Assembly (NCBI RefSeq): GCF_009931435.1
Contig: NZ_CP043414.1
Source: Escherichia coli
GTDB lineage: Bacteria > Pseudomonadota > Gammaproteobacteria > Enterobacterales > Enterobacteriaceae
Strand: one strand, 5' to 3'
Length of the DNA stretch: 64,000 nt
Position 1 is the first letter of the stretch; every line of letters begins with the position of its first letter. Below the pieces are notes generated by a model that did no database searches, was not told the DNA's origin, and was given only the letters and a program-made list of their open reading frames with translations. This document shows, in pieces, positions 41,565-51,486 of the stretch. The translations under genes were made by a program, and so were the position numbers.

Positions 41565-42293
41565 ATGACCGTAACTCGCCCACGCGCCGAACGCGGCGCA
41601 TTTCCGCCCGGTACAGAACATTACGGACGTTCATTATTGGGCGCGCCTTTGATCTGGTTTCCGGCCCCAGCCGCCAGTCACGAAAGTGGTTTGATTCTGG
41701 CTGGCACCCACGGTGATGAAAACTCTTCGGTCGTGACCCTCTCCTGTGCTTTGCGGACATTGACACCTTCTTTGCGCCGCCATCATGTGGTGCTGTGTGT
41801 GAATCCTGACGGCTGCCAGTTAGGGTTACGGGCCAATGCTAATGGCGTGGATTTAAATAGAAACTTTCCGGCAGCAAACTGGAAGGAAGGTGAAACGGTT
41901 TATCGCTGGAACAGCGCCGCTGAAGAACGTGATGTCGTTTTACTGACAGGTGACAAACCTGGCTCCGAACCTGAAACTCAGGCGCTGTGCCAGCTTATAC
42001 ATCGCATTCAACCTGCCTGGGTGGTCTCATTCCACGATCCACTGGCCTGTATTGAAGACCCCAGACACAGCGAATTAGGTGAATGGCTGGCCCAGGCGTT
42101 TGAATTGCCACTGGTCACCAGCGTCGGTTATGAAACGCCTGGCTCTTTCGGCAGTTGGTGTGCGGATCTCAACCTGCATTGCATCACCGCAGAGTTTCCG
42201 CCCATCTCCTCCGACGAAGCCAGCGAAAAATACCTCTTTGCGATGGCTAACTTGCTGCGCTGGCATCCTAAAGATGCAATGCGCCCGTCGTGA
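41565..42293 (+). CDS. mpaA: Murein peptide amidase A (M14 zinc carboxypeptidase-like)
   Basis: About 242 aa from MTVTRPRAERG. HxxE zinc motif (AGTHGDENSS). The track ORF is extended 20 codons upstream. Confidence 0.9.
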   Translation: MTVTRPRAERGAFPPGTEHYGRSLLGAPLIWFPAPAASHESGLILAGTHGDENSSVVTLSCALRTLTPSLRRHHVVLCVNPDGCQLGLRANANGVDLNRNFPAANWKEGETVYRWNSAAEERDVVLLTGDKPGSEPETQALCQLIHRIQPAWVVSFHDPLACIEDPRHSELGEWLAQAFELPLVTSVGYETPGSFGSWCADLNLHCITAEFPPISSDEASEKYLFAMANLLRWHPKDAMRPS

Positions 42294-43233
42294 ATTGAAG
42301 CGCCGGTTCCACATCTACCGCCAGCCAGGTCGGTCCGTCAAGATCAGCAAAACTGACCTGCGGCACCAGCGGTAAAGCGGCGCTAATGGCACGAGAGGTA
42401 CACAACATGCAGCCCAGCATCAGACTGAAACCTTGTGCACGCGCTTCGGTCGCCAGCGCCAGCGCCTCCGTCAGGCCACCCGTTTTATCGAGCTTGATGT
42501 TAACCATCTCATAGCGCCCTTGCAGCGCCTTCAGATTGCTACGGGTATGACAACTTTCATCAGCACAAATCGGTAACGGATGAATAAAATTCTCCAGTGC
42601 CGCATCGTCCTGCGCAGGAAGCGGTTGTTCAAGCATCGCAACGCCTAAATCCGCGAGCAGTTGGCAACGCGCCGCCAACCCTTCTGCACGCCAGGATTCA
42701 TTTGCATCAACGATAAGCGTCGCGTCGGGCACAGCCGTGCGAATTGCTACCATCCGCTCACTGATAAGATGGTTATCCAGCTTCACTTTCAGCAATTTCG
42801 CGCCTGCCTGCCACAGTGTTGATGCACTATTGGCCATCTGATCAGGCGTACCGATGACTACCGTCTGGGCAGTGGTGACTGTCTCGGGAAGCGTTATGCC
42901 GATCAAATCAGCCAGCGATTGCTGCTGTTTTCGCGCCGCCAGATCCCACAATGCACAATCCAGCGCATTACGTGCTGCGCCGGCAGGGAGAATTTTTTGC
43001 AACTCCTCCCGTGTCAGCCCTTTCTCTAATTGCGGCACGACGCTCATAATTTGCGCCATTACCGAGGCATCACTTTCTCCATAACGCGGATACGGCGTGC
43101 ATTCACCGGTGCCTTTAATACCTTCTTCTTCCAGTTCAACCACCACCACGCGCGCTTCACTACGACTTCCCCGAGCAATCACAAACGGGGTATGTAAGGG
43201 CCAGGCTTCCTCAAATACCTTAACGGTTCTCAT
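42268..43233 (-). CDS. ycjG: L-Ala-D/L-Glu epimerase (enolase superfamily)
   Basis: 321 aa from MRTVKVFEEAWPLHTPFVIARG. Enolase-superfamily KxK and metal-binding Asp/Glu residues. 3' end overlaps mpaA by 26 nt (convergent). Confidence 0.92.
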   Translation of the reverse strand: MRTVKVFEEAWPLHTPFVIARGSRSEARVVVVELEEEGIKGTGECTPYPRYGESDASVMAQIMSVVPQLEKGLTREELQKILPAGAARNALDCALWDLAARKQQQSLADLIGITLPETVTTAQTVVIGTPDQMANSASTLWQAGAKLLKVKLDNHLISERMVAIRTAVPDATLIVDANESWRAEGLAARCQLLADLGVAMLEQPLPAQDDAALENFIHPLPICADESCHTRSNLKALQGRYEMVNIKLDKTGGLTEALALATEARAQGFSLMLGCMLCTSRAISAALPLVPQVSFADLDGPTWLAVDVEPALQFTTGALHL

Positions 43234-43351
43234 CTTTACTCCTTGTTGTCGCGGTGGTCTGCGGATTAAGCGCAAATAGCGTTTGCTGTGTTATTGACAG
43301 TTAGCATAAACTAGGTGTGACGTTAACTATATGTAAACAGGAAAGATAATC

Positions 43352-43855
43352 ATGTCACAAACCGTTCATTTCCAGGGCAACCCGGTTACAGTCGCCAATT
43401 CCATCCCGCAGGCGGGTAGCAAAGCGCAGACTTTTACTCTCGTGGCAAAAGATCTGTCTGACGTCACCCTCGGTCAGTTTGCGGGTAAACGCAAAGTGCT
43501 GAACATTTTCCCGAGTATTGATACCGGTGTTTGCGCCGCATCAGTACGTAAGTTTAACCAACTGGCAACCGAGATCGACAACACCGTTGTGCTGTGTATC
43601 TCTGCCGATCTTCCGTTCGCCCAGTCTCGTTTCTGCGGCGCAGAAGGTCTGAACAACGTTATCACCCTCTCCACTTTCCGTAACGCTGAATTCCTGCAAG
43701 CCTACGGTGTGGCAATTGCTGATGGCCCACTGAAAGGTCTGGCAGCGCGTGCCGTTGTGGTTATTGATGAAAATGACAATGTGATTTTCAGCCAGCTGGT
43801 GGATGAAATCACCACCGAGCCGGATTACGAAGCAGCTCTGGCTGTACTGCGCTAA
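43352..43855 (+). CDS. tpx: Thiol peroxidase Tpx (atypical 2-Cys peroxiredoxin)
   Basis: 167-aa ORF. Peroxidatic Cys in [10 protein letters not shown], resolving Cys in LCISADLPF. Confidence 0.97.
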   Translation: MSQTVHFQGNPVTVANSIPQAGSKAQTFTLVAKDLSDVTLGQFAGKRKVLNIFPSIDTGVCAASVRKFNQLATEIDNTVVLCISADLPFAQSRFCGAEGLNNVITLSTFRNAEFLQAYGVAIADGPLKGLAARAVVVIDENDNVIFSQLVDEITTEPDYEAALAVLR

Positions 43856-43863
43856 ACAACTGT

Positions 43864-43901
43864 GCCGTTCACTGAATCACCACCGGTGAACGGCAGTTTT
43901 T
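43864..43901 (+). terminator. Rho-independent terminator after tpx
   Basis: Stem gccgttcac / gtgaacggc followed by agttttt. Confidence 0.8.
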
Positions 43902-44008
43902 GATCTACCAGTCCCACTATTTTCCAGAGTTCCTGCCACTATTCCCCCTAACCGTTGTGCATTAAGATTGCTCTTTGCCATTATTAGCCCAGCGGAGTGA
44001 TGACTATT

Positions 44009-46051
44009 ATGGATGATAAACAAATTACGGTCTGGCTTAAACACAATTGCTGTTCAACGGACATTCCTGCCATTGCCGAGGCACTAACGAACCATGCAGA
44101 ATGGCTTTTAGAGCTAGCGCCAGATCCTATTGATCAAGGTAGTTCATGCTTACCGCCGGCAGCTGCAGCTGGTATTTTTCTTGGCGCAGCGGCGATGGTT
44201 CACTGCGGCGAGGCCAGTGGTGCAGAAACCTGGCTCGAAGCAGCCATTACTGATTACCATTTCTTTAATCCAAACGGATATAGTTCATGGAGAGGCAGTA
44301 CGCCTGTTTTTACAGCAATATCGCGTTACCCGGCATTAAAAATGGTGTTATTTAACGCCGCTTGCGCAATGGAAGACTGGAATAAAGCATCCGCTGTTCT
44401 TGAATCGCTTTTCAATGCCAGCGATGTCCCGAAAGATAACCCTGTCGCCCCCAATTTTACCCCTTATGCGCTGAAAGATATTATCGCGGATAACCTCCCG
44501 TTAGGGCCTGCTTATTATGATGAAACCTGGTTGCTGGCAAAACAAGCGTGGTTAATTAATGCGGGCGTTCTGGATGAGCGAACATGCAATACCTGGAAGC
44601 AATATACCCGCCATTTGCGCCATTTGATCCACAATGCACAGTTTTCCGATGCGATCTCTTTTGTACGCAGTAAAAAAGAACCATTAAATCATATCCATAC
44701 CTACTCAGACTTTTATCTCTATGCGATTGGTTTATTTTCTTCTACTGATCAGCTAAGTGAAGCGCTAACCTGGGTAAAACAATTAATCCGCAACAATGAT
44801 GGTCATTTCCATGATCTTTTCGTTTCAACTGGCGCAAAGCGCCGCATAAAGCCTGAACTTAGTACCTTGCTGAATAATCTCTTGCACAGCGCAGAGTTTC
44901 AGGCGTTGCAGGATAAATATCTCACCGTCGGACATGATGTTGTGCATTCTGGTCCCTTCATGTCACTTTATGAAAAGGTTCTTGGCGGTAAGTCCCGAAA
45001 GCGCTGCGCGATTAGTCGAAAATTAATCTCGCCCGGCGAAGCGGTTTATGAATATCGTCAGCTGGATAGTGTGGAATATATTGCAGCGAAAGCGGCCTTT
45101 CAGACATCTGAGCTAAATAATATCGCCCACCGGCATCATAATGATAGTTATCAGTGGCATGAATTTGCCGCCCAATGGCCTCGTCGGGGTTCACTTTCTC
45201 ACCCAGATATTGCCCGTTATTTGTTTGAGCGCCAGGAAGGAAAATGCTTTGATGCCGCAGAGTTTATACCACTGATTGCGGAACCGTTTGTCTTTCCGAT
45301 GCGTTTCATATGGGTTGCCGGGTTGTCCTTTGAATTACATCAGTATCCGGATGCCTATTTCGTAAATGACAATATGGCGGGTGAATTTGTTAATCTCTGC
45401 TGGATGGCTATGAAATGCGGACATGCTGGCGACATTTTCAAACAACTGGCCCACGAGCCGCATGACGTTGCTGACCCTATTTACGCCATGCTCGCCACGT
45501 TTGACCGCTCTGATTGCCGTAGCGCCGCCGCCGCGCACTTTGGACAACCGGAACTACCGGAAATAATGGCACTGGCTTTCAGTTCGAGGTTATCGCTCGA
45601 CAGCGTACTTACCATCGCTGAGTTTGGTAAAAATCAGCCGCGATTTTCACATGCGCTAGCAACGGCCCTCCTGCGTTACAACCTGCACATCTACTCAAAC
45701 TATATGCCGCAGGTTAACTGGTACCTTCAGGGGCTGGAACACTATGCTTTGGCAAAAGGCGGTCAACTTTTAAATTTCTTTGTGCATATTCCAGAACAAA
45801 TTCCCGTTCTGGCGACCATGCTGGAACATGGCGTATTAGTGCGTGGGATCGGTGAAGGTGCCTATGATGGTTATGATAATTCAGCAAATTCATTTCATCA
45901 TGCCGCCGTGATGCACTGCCTTGAGCACGCGCCGGAAAAAGTCCGCTACTGGATGGAAACACCCTGGATTCAGAACTATTTAGTGAATGCGCCGCTGCGT
46001 CAAACGGCGCGCCATGTGGAAGCCTGGCATAAAAAGTTTGGCATCAAATGA
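44009..46051 (+). CDS. Hypothetical protein of about 680 aa, no recognisable domain; accessory gene in the tpx-tyrR spacer
   Basis: Uninterrupted 2-kb ORF. SD ggag at 43994-43997, 11 nt before ATG 44009 (MDDKQITVWLKHNCC...); in-frame GTG 43997 and ATG 44000 are alternative starts. No signal peptide, no obvious TM segments, no Walker/HTH/nuclease motif that I can identify. Rare codons AGA and CTA occur in frame. Confidence 0.75.
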   Translation: MDDKQITVWLKHNCCSTDIPAIAEALTNHAEWLLELAPDPIDQGSSCLPPAAAAGIFLGAAAMVHCGEASGAETWLEAAITDYHFFNPNGYSSWRGSTPVFTAISRYPALKMVLFNAACAMEDWNKASAVLESLFNASDVPKDNPVAPNFTPYALKDIIADNLPLGPAYYDETWLLAKQAWLINAGVLDERTCNTWKQYTRHLRHLIHNAQFSDAISFVRSKKEPLNHIHTYSDFYLYAIGLFSSTDQLSEALTWVKQLIRNNDGHFHDLFVSTGAKRRIKPELSTLLNNLLHSAEFQALQDKYLTVGHDVVHSGPFMSLYEKVLGGKSRKRCAISRKLISPGEAVYEYRQLDSVEYIAAKAAFQTSELNNIAHRHHNDSYQWHEFAAQWPRRGSLSHPDIARYLFERQEGKCFDAAEFIPLIAEPFVFPMRFIWVAGLSFELHQYPDAYFVNDNMAGEFVNLCWMAMKCGHAGDIFKQLAHEPHDVADPIYAMLATFDRSDCRSAAAAHFGQPELPEIMALAFSSRLSLDSVLTIAEFGKNQPRFSHALATALLRYNLHIYSNYMPQVNWYLQGLEHYALAKGGQLLNFFVHIPEQIPVLATMLEHGVLVRGIGEGAYDGYDNSANSFHHAAVMHCLEHAPEKVRYWMETPWIQNYLVNAPLRQTARHVEAWHKKFGIK

Positions 46052-46060
46052 ACGTTGCCG

Positions 46061-46079
46061 CTGCGCCTGAACGGCGCAG
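46061..46079. terminator. GC-rich hairpin between convergent stops of the hypothetical ORF and tyrR
   Basis: ctgcgcc-tgaac-ggcgcag (7-bp GC stem). No adjacent T-run, so function as a terminator is uncertain. Confidence 0.35.
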
Positions 46080-46088
46080 CCAGCACAA

Positions 46089-47630
46089 TCACTCTTCGCT
46101 TTTCTTCTGGTTTAAGCCATATTCCCGCAACTTATTGGCAATCGCGGTATGCGAAACGCCGAGACGTTTTGCCAGTTTGCGCGTGCTGGGATAATTGCGA
46201 TAAAGCTGAGTTAATACCGAGCGTTCAAAACGGCTGGTAATTTCGTCCAGCGAACCTTCCATCGCATCTTCGCCCACGGCTACCGTTGCGGCGTCATAAT
46301 CCGGCAACAAAATATCCTGAGGACGCAGCTCATAGCCGTCCAGTTGTGTCAGTGCGCGATAGATAGCGTTCTTTAACTGCCGCACATTTCCCGGCCACGC
46401 ATAACGCGTAAGTACAGTATTCAGGTCAGCGGCCAGTTTCGGACGCGGCACGCCCTGCTCGTCGGCAAAGCGAGCGACGAACAGCTCAGTTAACGGCATG
46501 ATGTCCTGCGGACAGTCACGTAACGGCGGTAGATTGAGCGTCAACACGTTCAGACGATAATAGAGATCTTCACGGAAAACGCCTTTTTGCACCAGTTCGA
46601 CTAAATTCTTCTGCGTAGCGCAAATCACCCTTACATCGACATGCACTTCATGATCTTCACCAACTCGACGGAAAGTGCCATCATTAAGGAAACGCAGTAA
46701 TTTCGCCTGCATCCTTGGCGACATCTCGCCTATCTCATCTAACAGCACCGAACCACCGTTCGCCTGCTCAAAGAACCCTTTTTTACCTTCCGGAGCATGA
46801 CCAAACAGTTCACTCTCGACCGCATCTTCCGGTATAGACGCGCAGTTCAGCGCCAGGTAAGGTTTGCCCGCTCGTGGGCTTGCCTGATGGCAGGCGTAGG
46901 CAAAGAGATCTTTACCTGTACCGGTGTCACCCGTAATCAGCAACGGCGCGCTTAGCATCGCCAGTTTCTGCGCCTGTTCGACAACATGCTTCATTTTCGG
47001 GCTGACGGCGACAATTTGACTGAAGGCACTGACGTCCTGTGCAGCGACATTCTGCAACTGACGGCCCATACGAATCGTCGAGCGCAACATCACCACCGCA
47101 CCGGTCAGAACGTGTTGATCATTTTCATCCTGAAGATAAACAGGCGTAATCTCCATCAGGAAATTCTGCCCATTAATAACGACATGCTCGTTATGCGAGT
47201 CTTGCGGTTCGCTTTCCAGCCAGCGTAAAAAATTAAAGCCGTTAATTAATTGCGCGGCGGTATGGTTGCGCAGGCGATCCAATTTTTGCCCAAAAAGCTG
47301 ACAGCTCGCCGGGTTCGCCATATCCACTTTGCTTTTCATATCAACAGAAAGCACAGGCTCAGGCAACGCCTCCAGTAACGCGCTCAACGCCAGATGCTCA
47401 CGTTCGGAAGGCATCCACGGAACAGTGCGCACATCGGTAACACCTGCAATACGGCGTATTTCGGCCATCAGACTGCTGAAACTTTCAAATTCCAGTTCGG
47501 CAAAATTGAGGTAGATTCGCCCAATGGGGTCAATCTCAATACCGCGTAAATCAATGCCTCTCAGCACCAGTAGATCGAGTAATTCGCGGGTCAGACCAAG
47601 TCGGTCTTCACAAAAGACTTCCAGACGCAT
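46089..47630 (-). CDS. tyrR: Transcriptional regulator TyrR (ACT-PAS-sigma54-type AAA+ - HTH)
   Basis: 513 aa from MRLEVFCEDRLGLTRELLDLLVLRGIDLRGIEIDP. AAA+ Walker A (GDTGTGKD). C-terminal HTH. The track ORF is extended 9 codons upstream. Confidence 0.96.
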   Translation of the reverse strand: MRLEVFCEDRLGLTRELLDLLVLRGIDLRGIEIDPIGRIYLNFAELEFESFSSLMAEIRRIAGVTDVRTVPWMPSEREHLALSALLEALPEPVLSVDMKSKVDMANPASCQLFGQKLDRLRNHTAAQLINGFNFLRWLESEPQDSHNEHVVINGQNFLMEITPVYLQDENDQHVLTGAVVMLRSTIRMGRQLQNVAAQDVSAFSQIVAVSPKMKHVVEQAQKLAMLSAPLLITGDTGTGKDLFAYACHQASPRAGKPYLALNCASIPEDAVESELFGHAPEGKKGFFEQANGGSVLLDEIGEMSPRMQAKLLRFLNDGTFRRVGEDHEVHVDVRVICATQKNLVELVQKGVFREDLYYRLNVLTLNLPPLRDCPQDIMPLTELFVARFADEQGVPRPKLAADLNTVLTRYAWPGNVRQLKNAIYRALTQLDGYELRPQDILLPDYDAATVAVGEDAMEGSLDEITSRFERSVLTQLYRNYPSTRKLAKRLGVSHTAIANKLREYGLNQKKSEE

Positions 47631-47700
47631 GGGAACCTTCACCTGAAAAAAGAACAATTAATATGATGATATGACACTATTTGGATAGCAGGAAGGTTTC

Positions 47701-47718
47701 TGTCAACAATCATTGACA
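47701..47718. promoter_or_regulatory. TyrR-box-like palindrome in the tyrR promoter region
   Basis: TGTCAA-N6-TTGACA, one mismatch per half-site from the TGTAAA-N6-TTTACA consensus, about 70 bp upstream of the tyrR start. Confidence 0.35.
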
Positions 47719-47777
47719 CAAAGACGGAAAAACGGGCACTTCGGCGTAAAGATATCCGGTCAGCACCCGATATTGCA

Positions 47778-48839
47778 TTATTTTTCGCTGGGCGTTTTGC
47801 CTTTTTGCAGCGTCTCTTTCACCTGACCGATAAGCTGACGACGGAAATCCCCGAGGCGAGGTTTGTCATCGTCAATCCACGGCAGCGGGCGGCAAAGCTC
47901 CATAGCTTTAATCCCCAGTCGTGCCGTCAGAAGTCCAGCACCAATCCCCTGAGCTGCCCGGGTAGACAAACGCGCAGCGAGATCTTGCGACATCCAGTCC
48001 ATCCCCACTTCGCGCACCAATTCGCTGGCTCCGGCAAAAGCGATATTCAGCAATACCAGCTTAAACAGGCGCAAACGGCTGTAATATCCCAGTTCAATGC
48101 CATACAGCGTGGCGATGCGATTGATCAAACGCAGATTGCGCCAGGCGATAAATGCCATATCCACCAGCGCCAGCGGGCTAACGGCGATCATTAACGTTGA
48201 TTCCGCCGCTGAGCGACTGATTTCGCGCCGCGCCTGGGCATCTAAAACCGGCTGGACCAGATGAGCATACAGGCTGACCACTTCACGATCGTTCTGCGTT
48301 TCATGGATTGAGGCATACCAGCGTTGCAGTGCCGGATGCGACTGGTCGATGCCCGCCTGCTGCGCCAGTTTTTCGCAGAATGCACGGCCTTTACCCGTGC
48401 CGTGACTGTGCAACAAATCGCGCGCTTCGTCGCGTTCATGGGCGCGCTGTCGCAAGCGCCATAAGCGCCGCCACTCTGTTACCACTGAACCTACGCCAGC
48501 GCCGATAATCAATGCCCCAGCGGCACATCCACCCAGCGCTACCCAATCCTGAGTTTGCCAGGCATTCATCGTCCACTGCACGCCCTGCCCGACAACGCTT
48601 GCACCAAACAGAGCCAACCCGCCCATCACCATTTTGCGCCACAGGCTGCGTTTCGGACGTAACGCTGCGTCCATCACCGCTTCAACTTGCCCCTCTTCTT
48701 CCTGCGCTTCGTCGAGCGTGGCCGGGGCAAAATTTTGCGCCTGATTTTCGTCAAAGGTCTGCTGCGCCCTGAATTTTGGATTCTGATCGACCTCCAGTGG
48801 ACCGTCGAAATCAATACGTGGTTTTAACGGTTCGGTCAT
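47778..48839 (-). CDS. ycjF: YcjF, inner-membrane protein of unknown function (UPF0283/DUF697)
   Basis: 353-aa ORF with central hydrophobic helices. Start overlaps the ycjX stop by 4 nt. Confidence 0.9.
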   Translation of the reverse strand: MTEPLKPRIDFDGPLEVDQNPKFRAQQTFDENQAQNFAPATLDEAQEEEGQVEAVMDAALRPKRSLWRKMVMGGLALFGASVVGQGVQWTMNAWQTQDWVALGGCAAGALIIGAGVGSVVTEWRRLWRLRQRAHERDEARDLLHSHGTGKGRAFCEKLAQQAGIDQSHPALQRWYASIHETQNDREVVSLYAHLVQPVLDAQARREISRSAAESTLMIAVSPLALVDMAFIAWRNLRLINRIATLYGIELGYYSRLRLFKLVLLNIAFAGASELVREVGMDWMSQDLAARLSTRAAQGIGAGLLTARLGIKAMELCRPLPWIDDDKPRLGDFRRQLIGQVKETLQKGKTPSEK

Positions 48840-50233
48840 CGCAATTTATCTCCTATTAAAAATTCCAGCGCAGCATCAAGACGAATATGCGGCAGCGGTT
48901 TGTCGACATCCATCACCTGCGGACGAAACGCCTCAAACTGGAAGCCTTGCTTATCCCAGAACGCCTGACCAGGCAAACGTGCGGGAACTTCGCCAGGATA
49001 AACAGTGAGCGGTGCACCATCACTGAGTCGATTACCGCGCAGCGCCGGGATTTTCTCACCGTTAACATCAATAATGCCGCTGGTGGTCGCCTGAACTGAC
49101 GCCAGCCCCAGGCAGTCCATACTGATCCCTTCGAACGCCGCATTTTGCCAGGCATCCTGAATCAGTTGTTGCAGTAATGAAACCATATTGGCGTGCTGAT
49201 CGATGGTCACATGGTCTGCTTTAGTGGCAGCAAACAATAGCTTATCGATAACCGGCGAAAACAAACGCCGGAACAGGGTTCGCTGCCCGTAGTGGAAACT
49301 TTGCATCAGCTGCGTCAGCGCCAGACGCATATCATTAAATGCCTGTGGCCCACTGTTGAGCGGTTGCAGGCAGTCCACCAGCACAATCTGCCGATCAAAA
49401 CGCAGGAAGTGATTTTTATAGAACCCCTTCACCACTTTCTCGCAGTAATAATTAAATCGTTCGCGCAGCATTCCGGCATTGGTGTGCTTGTCGGCCTGTG
49501 CAAGTTTTGATTCGCCCCAGGCATCGACATCGGGCCACGGGAAGAATTGCAGCGCGGGCGCACCTGCCATATCGCCCGGCAAGACAAAACGTCCAGGCTG
49601 AATAAAGTGCAGCCCCTGCTGTTTGCAGTGGTGGAGATAATCGGTCCATGCGGCAGCAATGTCTGCAAGACGGTTTTCGTCGGCAGGTGCTAGTGGGTCC
49701 AGCCCTTCGCACATCATTCGCCATTTTGCCGACCATTCGCCGCGCTGACCATTGAGTAAGCCCGTCATCTGGCGCGACCAGCTTAAATAGTCCTGCGCCA
49801 ACATCGGCAAGTCGAGTAACCATTCGCCAGGATAATCCACTATCTCCAGATACAACGTGGAAGTGTCTTTGAAGTGACGCAACAGCGAATCGTTCGATTT
49901 ATAGCGTAGCGCCAGGCGAATCTCACTGACGCCGCGTGTTGGGGTCGGCCAGGCGGGAGGATCGCCATATAACTGCGCCAGCCCTTCATCGTAGGTGAAG
50001 CGTGGAATGCCAAAGTCACGCTGGGGAATGCGTTTTACGCCCAGCAGGCGCTCTTCACGCACCGCACTTAATAGCGGCAAGCGTGCTCCGGCATGAATAT
50101 TGAGCAACTGATTGACCATCGCAGTGATAAACGCGGTTTTGCCGCTGCGGCTAAGTCCGGTTACAGCGAGGCGCAGATGTCTGTCGACACCCCGATTCAC
50201 CAGCGCATTAAGTTCATTTTTAAGTCGCTTCAT
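48836..50233 (-). CDS. ycjX: YcjX, conserved P-loop NTPase of unknown function (DUF463)
   Basis: 465 aa from [39 protein letters not shown] (Walker A GLSRSGKT). The track ORF is extended 29 codons upstream. Confidence 0.9.
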   Translation of the reverse strand: MKRLKNELNALVNRGVDRHLRLAVTGLSRSGKTAFITAMVNQLLNIHAGARLPLLSAVREERLLGVKRIPQRDFGIPRFTYDEGLAQLYGDPPAWPTPTRGVSEIRLALRYKSNDSLLRHFKDTSTLYLEIVDYPGEWLLDLPMLAQDYLSWSRQMTGLLNGQRGEWSAKWRMMCEGLDPLAPADENRLADIAAAWTDYLHHCKQQGLHFIQPGRFVLPGDMAGAPALQFFPWPDVDAWGESKLAQADKHTNAGMLRERFNYYCEKVVKGFYKNHFLRFDRQIVLVDCLQPLNSGPQAFNDMRLALTQLMQSFHYGQRTLFRRLFSPVIDKLLFAATKADHVTIDQHANMVSLLQQLIQDAWQNAAFEGISMDCLGLASVQATTSGIIDVNGEKIPALRGNRLSDGAPLTVYPGEVPARLPGQAFWDKQGFQFEAFRPQVMDVDKPLPHIRLDAALEFLIGDKLR

Positions 50234-50377
50234 TGCTGTCCTGTGGACCAGAAAAAAATCATTCGTAAGGATATGAATGTGGGGGCCATGCCCTTGATTA
50301 TCAACTGCCCGTGTTGTCATCTTGAGGCGAACTCCATAAGATGTGCAGCATTCACGTTCGGACGGAGTTCCTGACCT

Positions 50378-51376
50378 ATGTCCCCTACTATTTATGATAT
50401 TGCCAGGGTTGCCGGCGTATCAAAATCCACCGTATCACGCGTGCTGAATAAGCAAACCAATATCTCCCCGGAAGCGCGCGAAAAAGTGTTACGGGCCATT
50501 GAAGAATTACAGTATCAGCCAAATAAACTGGCCCGCGCGCTGACCTCTTCGGGCTTTGATGCCATTATGGTGATTTCTACCCGCTCGACCAAAACTACGG
50601 CGGGTAACCCGTTTTTCTCCGAAGTTTTGCATGCCATTACCGCCAAAGCGGAAGATGAGGGTTTCGACGTGATATTGCAGACGTCGCACAACCCAGCTGA
50701 AGACTTACAAAAATGTGAAAGCAAAATTAAGCAGAAAATGATTAAAGGCATTATTATGCTAAGTTCGCCAGCAGATGAGTCTTTTTTCGCCCAACTCGAT
50801 AAATACGATATTCCGGTGGTAGTAATTGGCAAAGTTGAAGGTGAATATGCCCATGTTTATTCTGTCGATACCGATAATTTTGGCGACAGTATTGCGCTGA
50901 CCGATGCATTAATTGAAAGTGGACATAAAAATATTGCCTGCCTACATGCTCCGCTTGATGTCCATGTTTCGGTTGACCGCGTTAATGGTTATAAGCAAAG
51001 TCTGGAAGATCATAATATTGCAGTGCGCAATGAGTGGATCGTTGACGGCGGTTATACCCATGAGACAGCACTGCAAGCCGCGCGGGAATTATTAAGCCAG
51101 TCACCGTTGCCTGAGGCAGTGTTTGCTACTGACAGCCTGAAATTAATGAGCATTTATCGTGCGGCGGCAGAGAAAAACATTGCTATTCCGCAGCAGTTAG
51201 CGGTGGTGGGTTATAGTAATGAAACGCTGTCGTTTATATTAACGCCTGCACCGGGCGGCATCGATGTTCCGACGCAGGAGTTAGGTCAACAAAGCTGCGA
51301 GTTATTATTCCGCTTAATTGCCGGAAAACCGTCACCACAAAATATTACCGTTGCCACGCATATGTCGTTGAAATAA
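50378..51376 (+). CDS. ycjW: LacI-family transcriptional repressor YcjW
   Basis: 332-aa ORF. N-terminal LacI HTH ([21 protein letters not shown]), periplasmic-binding-protein-like effector domain. Confidence 0.93.
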   Translation: MSPTIYDIARVAGVSKSTVSRVLNKQTNISPEAREKVLRAIEELQYQPNKLARALTSSGFDAIMVISTRSTKTTAGNPFFSEVLHAITAKAEDEGFDVILQTSHNPAEDLQKCESKIKQKMIKGIIMLSSPADESFFAQLDKYDIPVVVIGKVEGEYAHVYSVDTDNFGDSIALTDALIESGHKNIACLHAPLDVHVSVDRVNGYKQSLEDHNIAVRNEWIVDGGYTHETALQAARELLSQSPLPEAVFATDSLKLMSIYRAAAEKNIAIPQQLAVVGYSNETLSFILTPAPGGIDVPTQELGQQSCELLFRLIAGKPSPQNITVATHMSLK

Positions 51377-51394
51377 ATGCCAGCTACGTTGCCT

Positions 51395-51478
51395 GAATGC
51401 CGGATGCGATGCTGGCGCATCTTATCCGGCCTACATTTATAAACCGGATAAAGTACTCGCGCCGCATCCGGCAATTTA
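51395..51478. repeat. REP elements (BIME-like pair)
   Basis: gcctgaatgccggatgcgatgctggcgcatcttatccggcctaca followed by ccggataaagtactcgcgccgcatccggca, between ycjW and ompG. Confidence 0.8.
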
Positions 51479-51486
51479 GCACATTA

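Noticed and set aside
44981-44995. Possible Walker A in the orphan protein (VLGGKSRK)
   Set aside because: It does not fit GxxxxGK[ST]: the residue six positions before the Lys is Glu. I found no Walker B or other NTPase motif, so I do not call the protein an NTPase.
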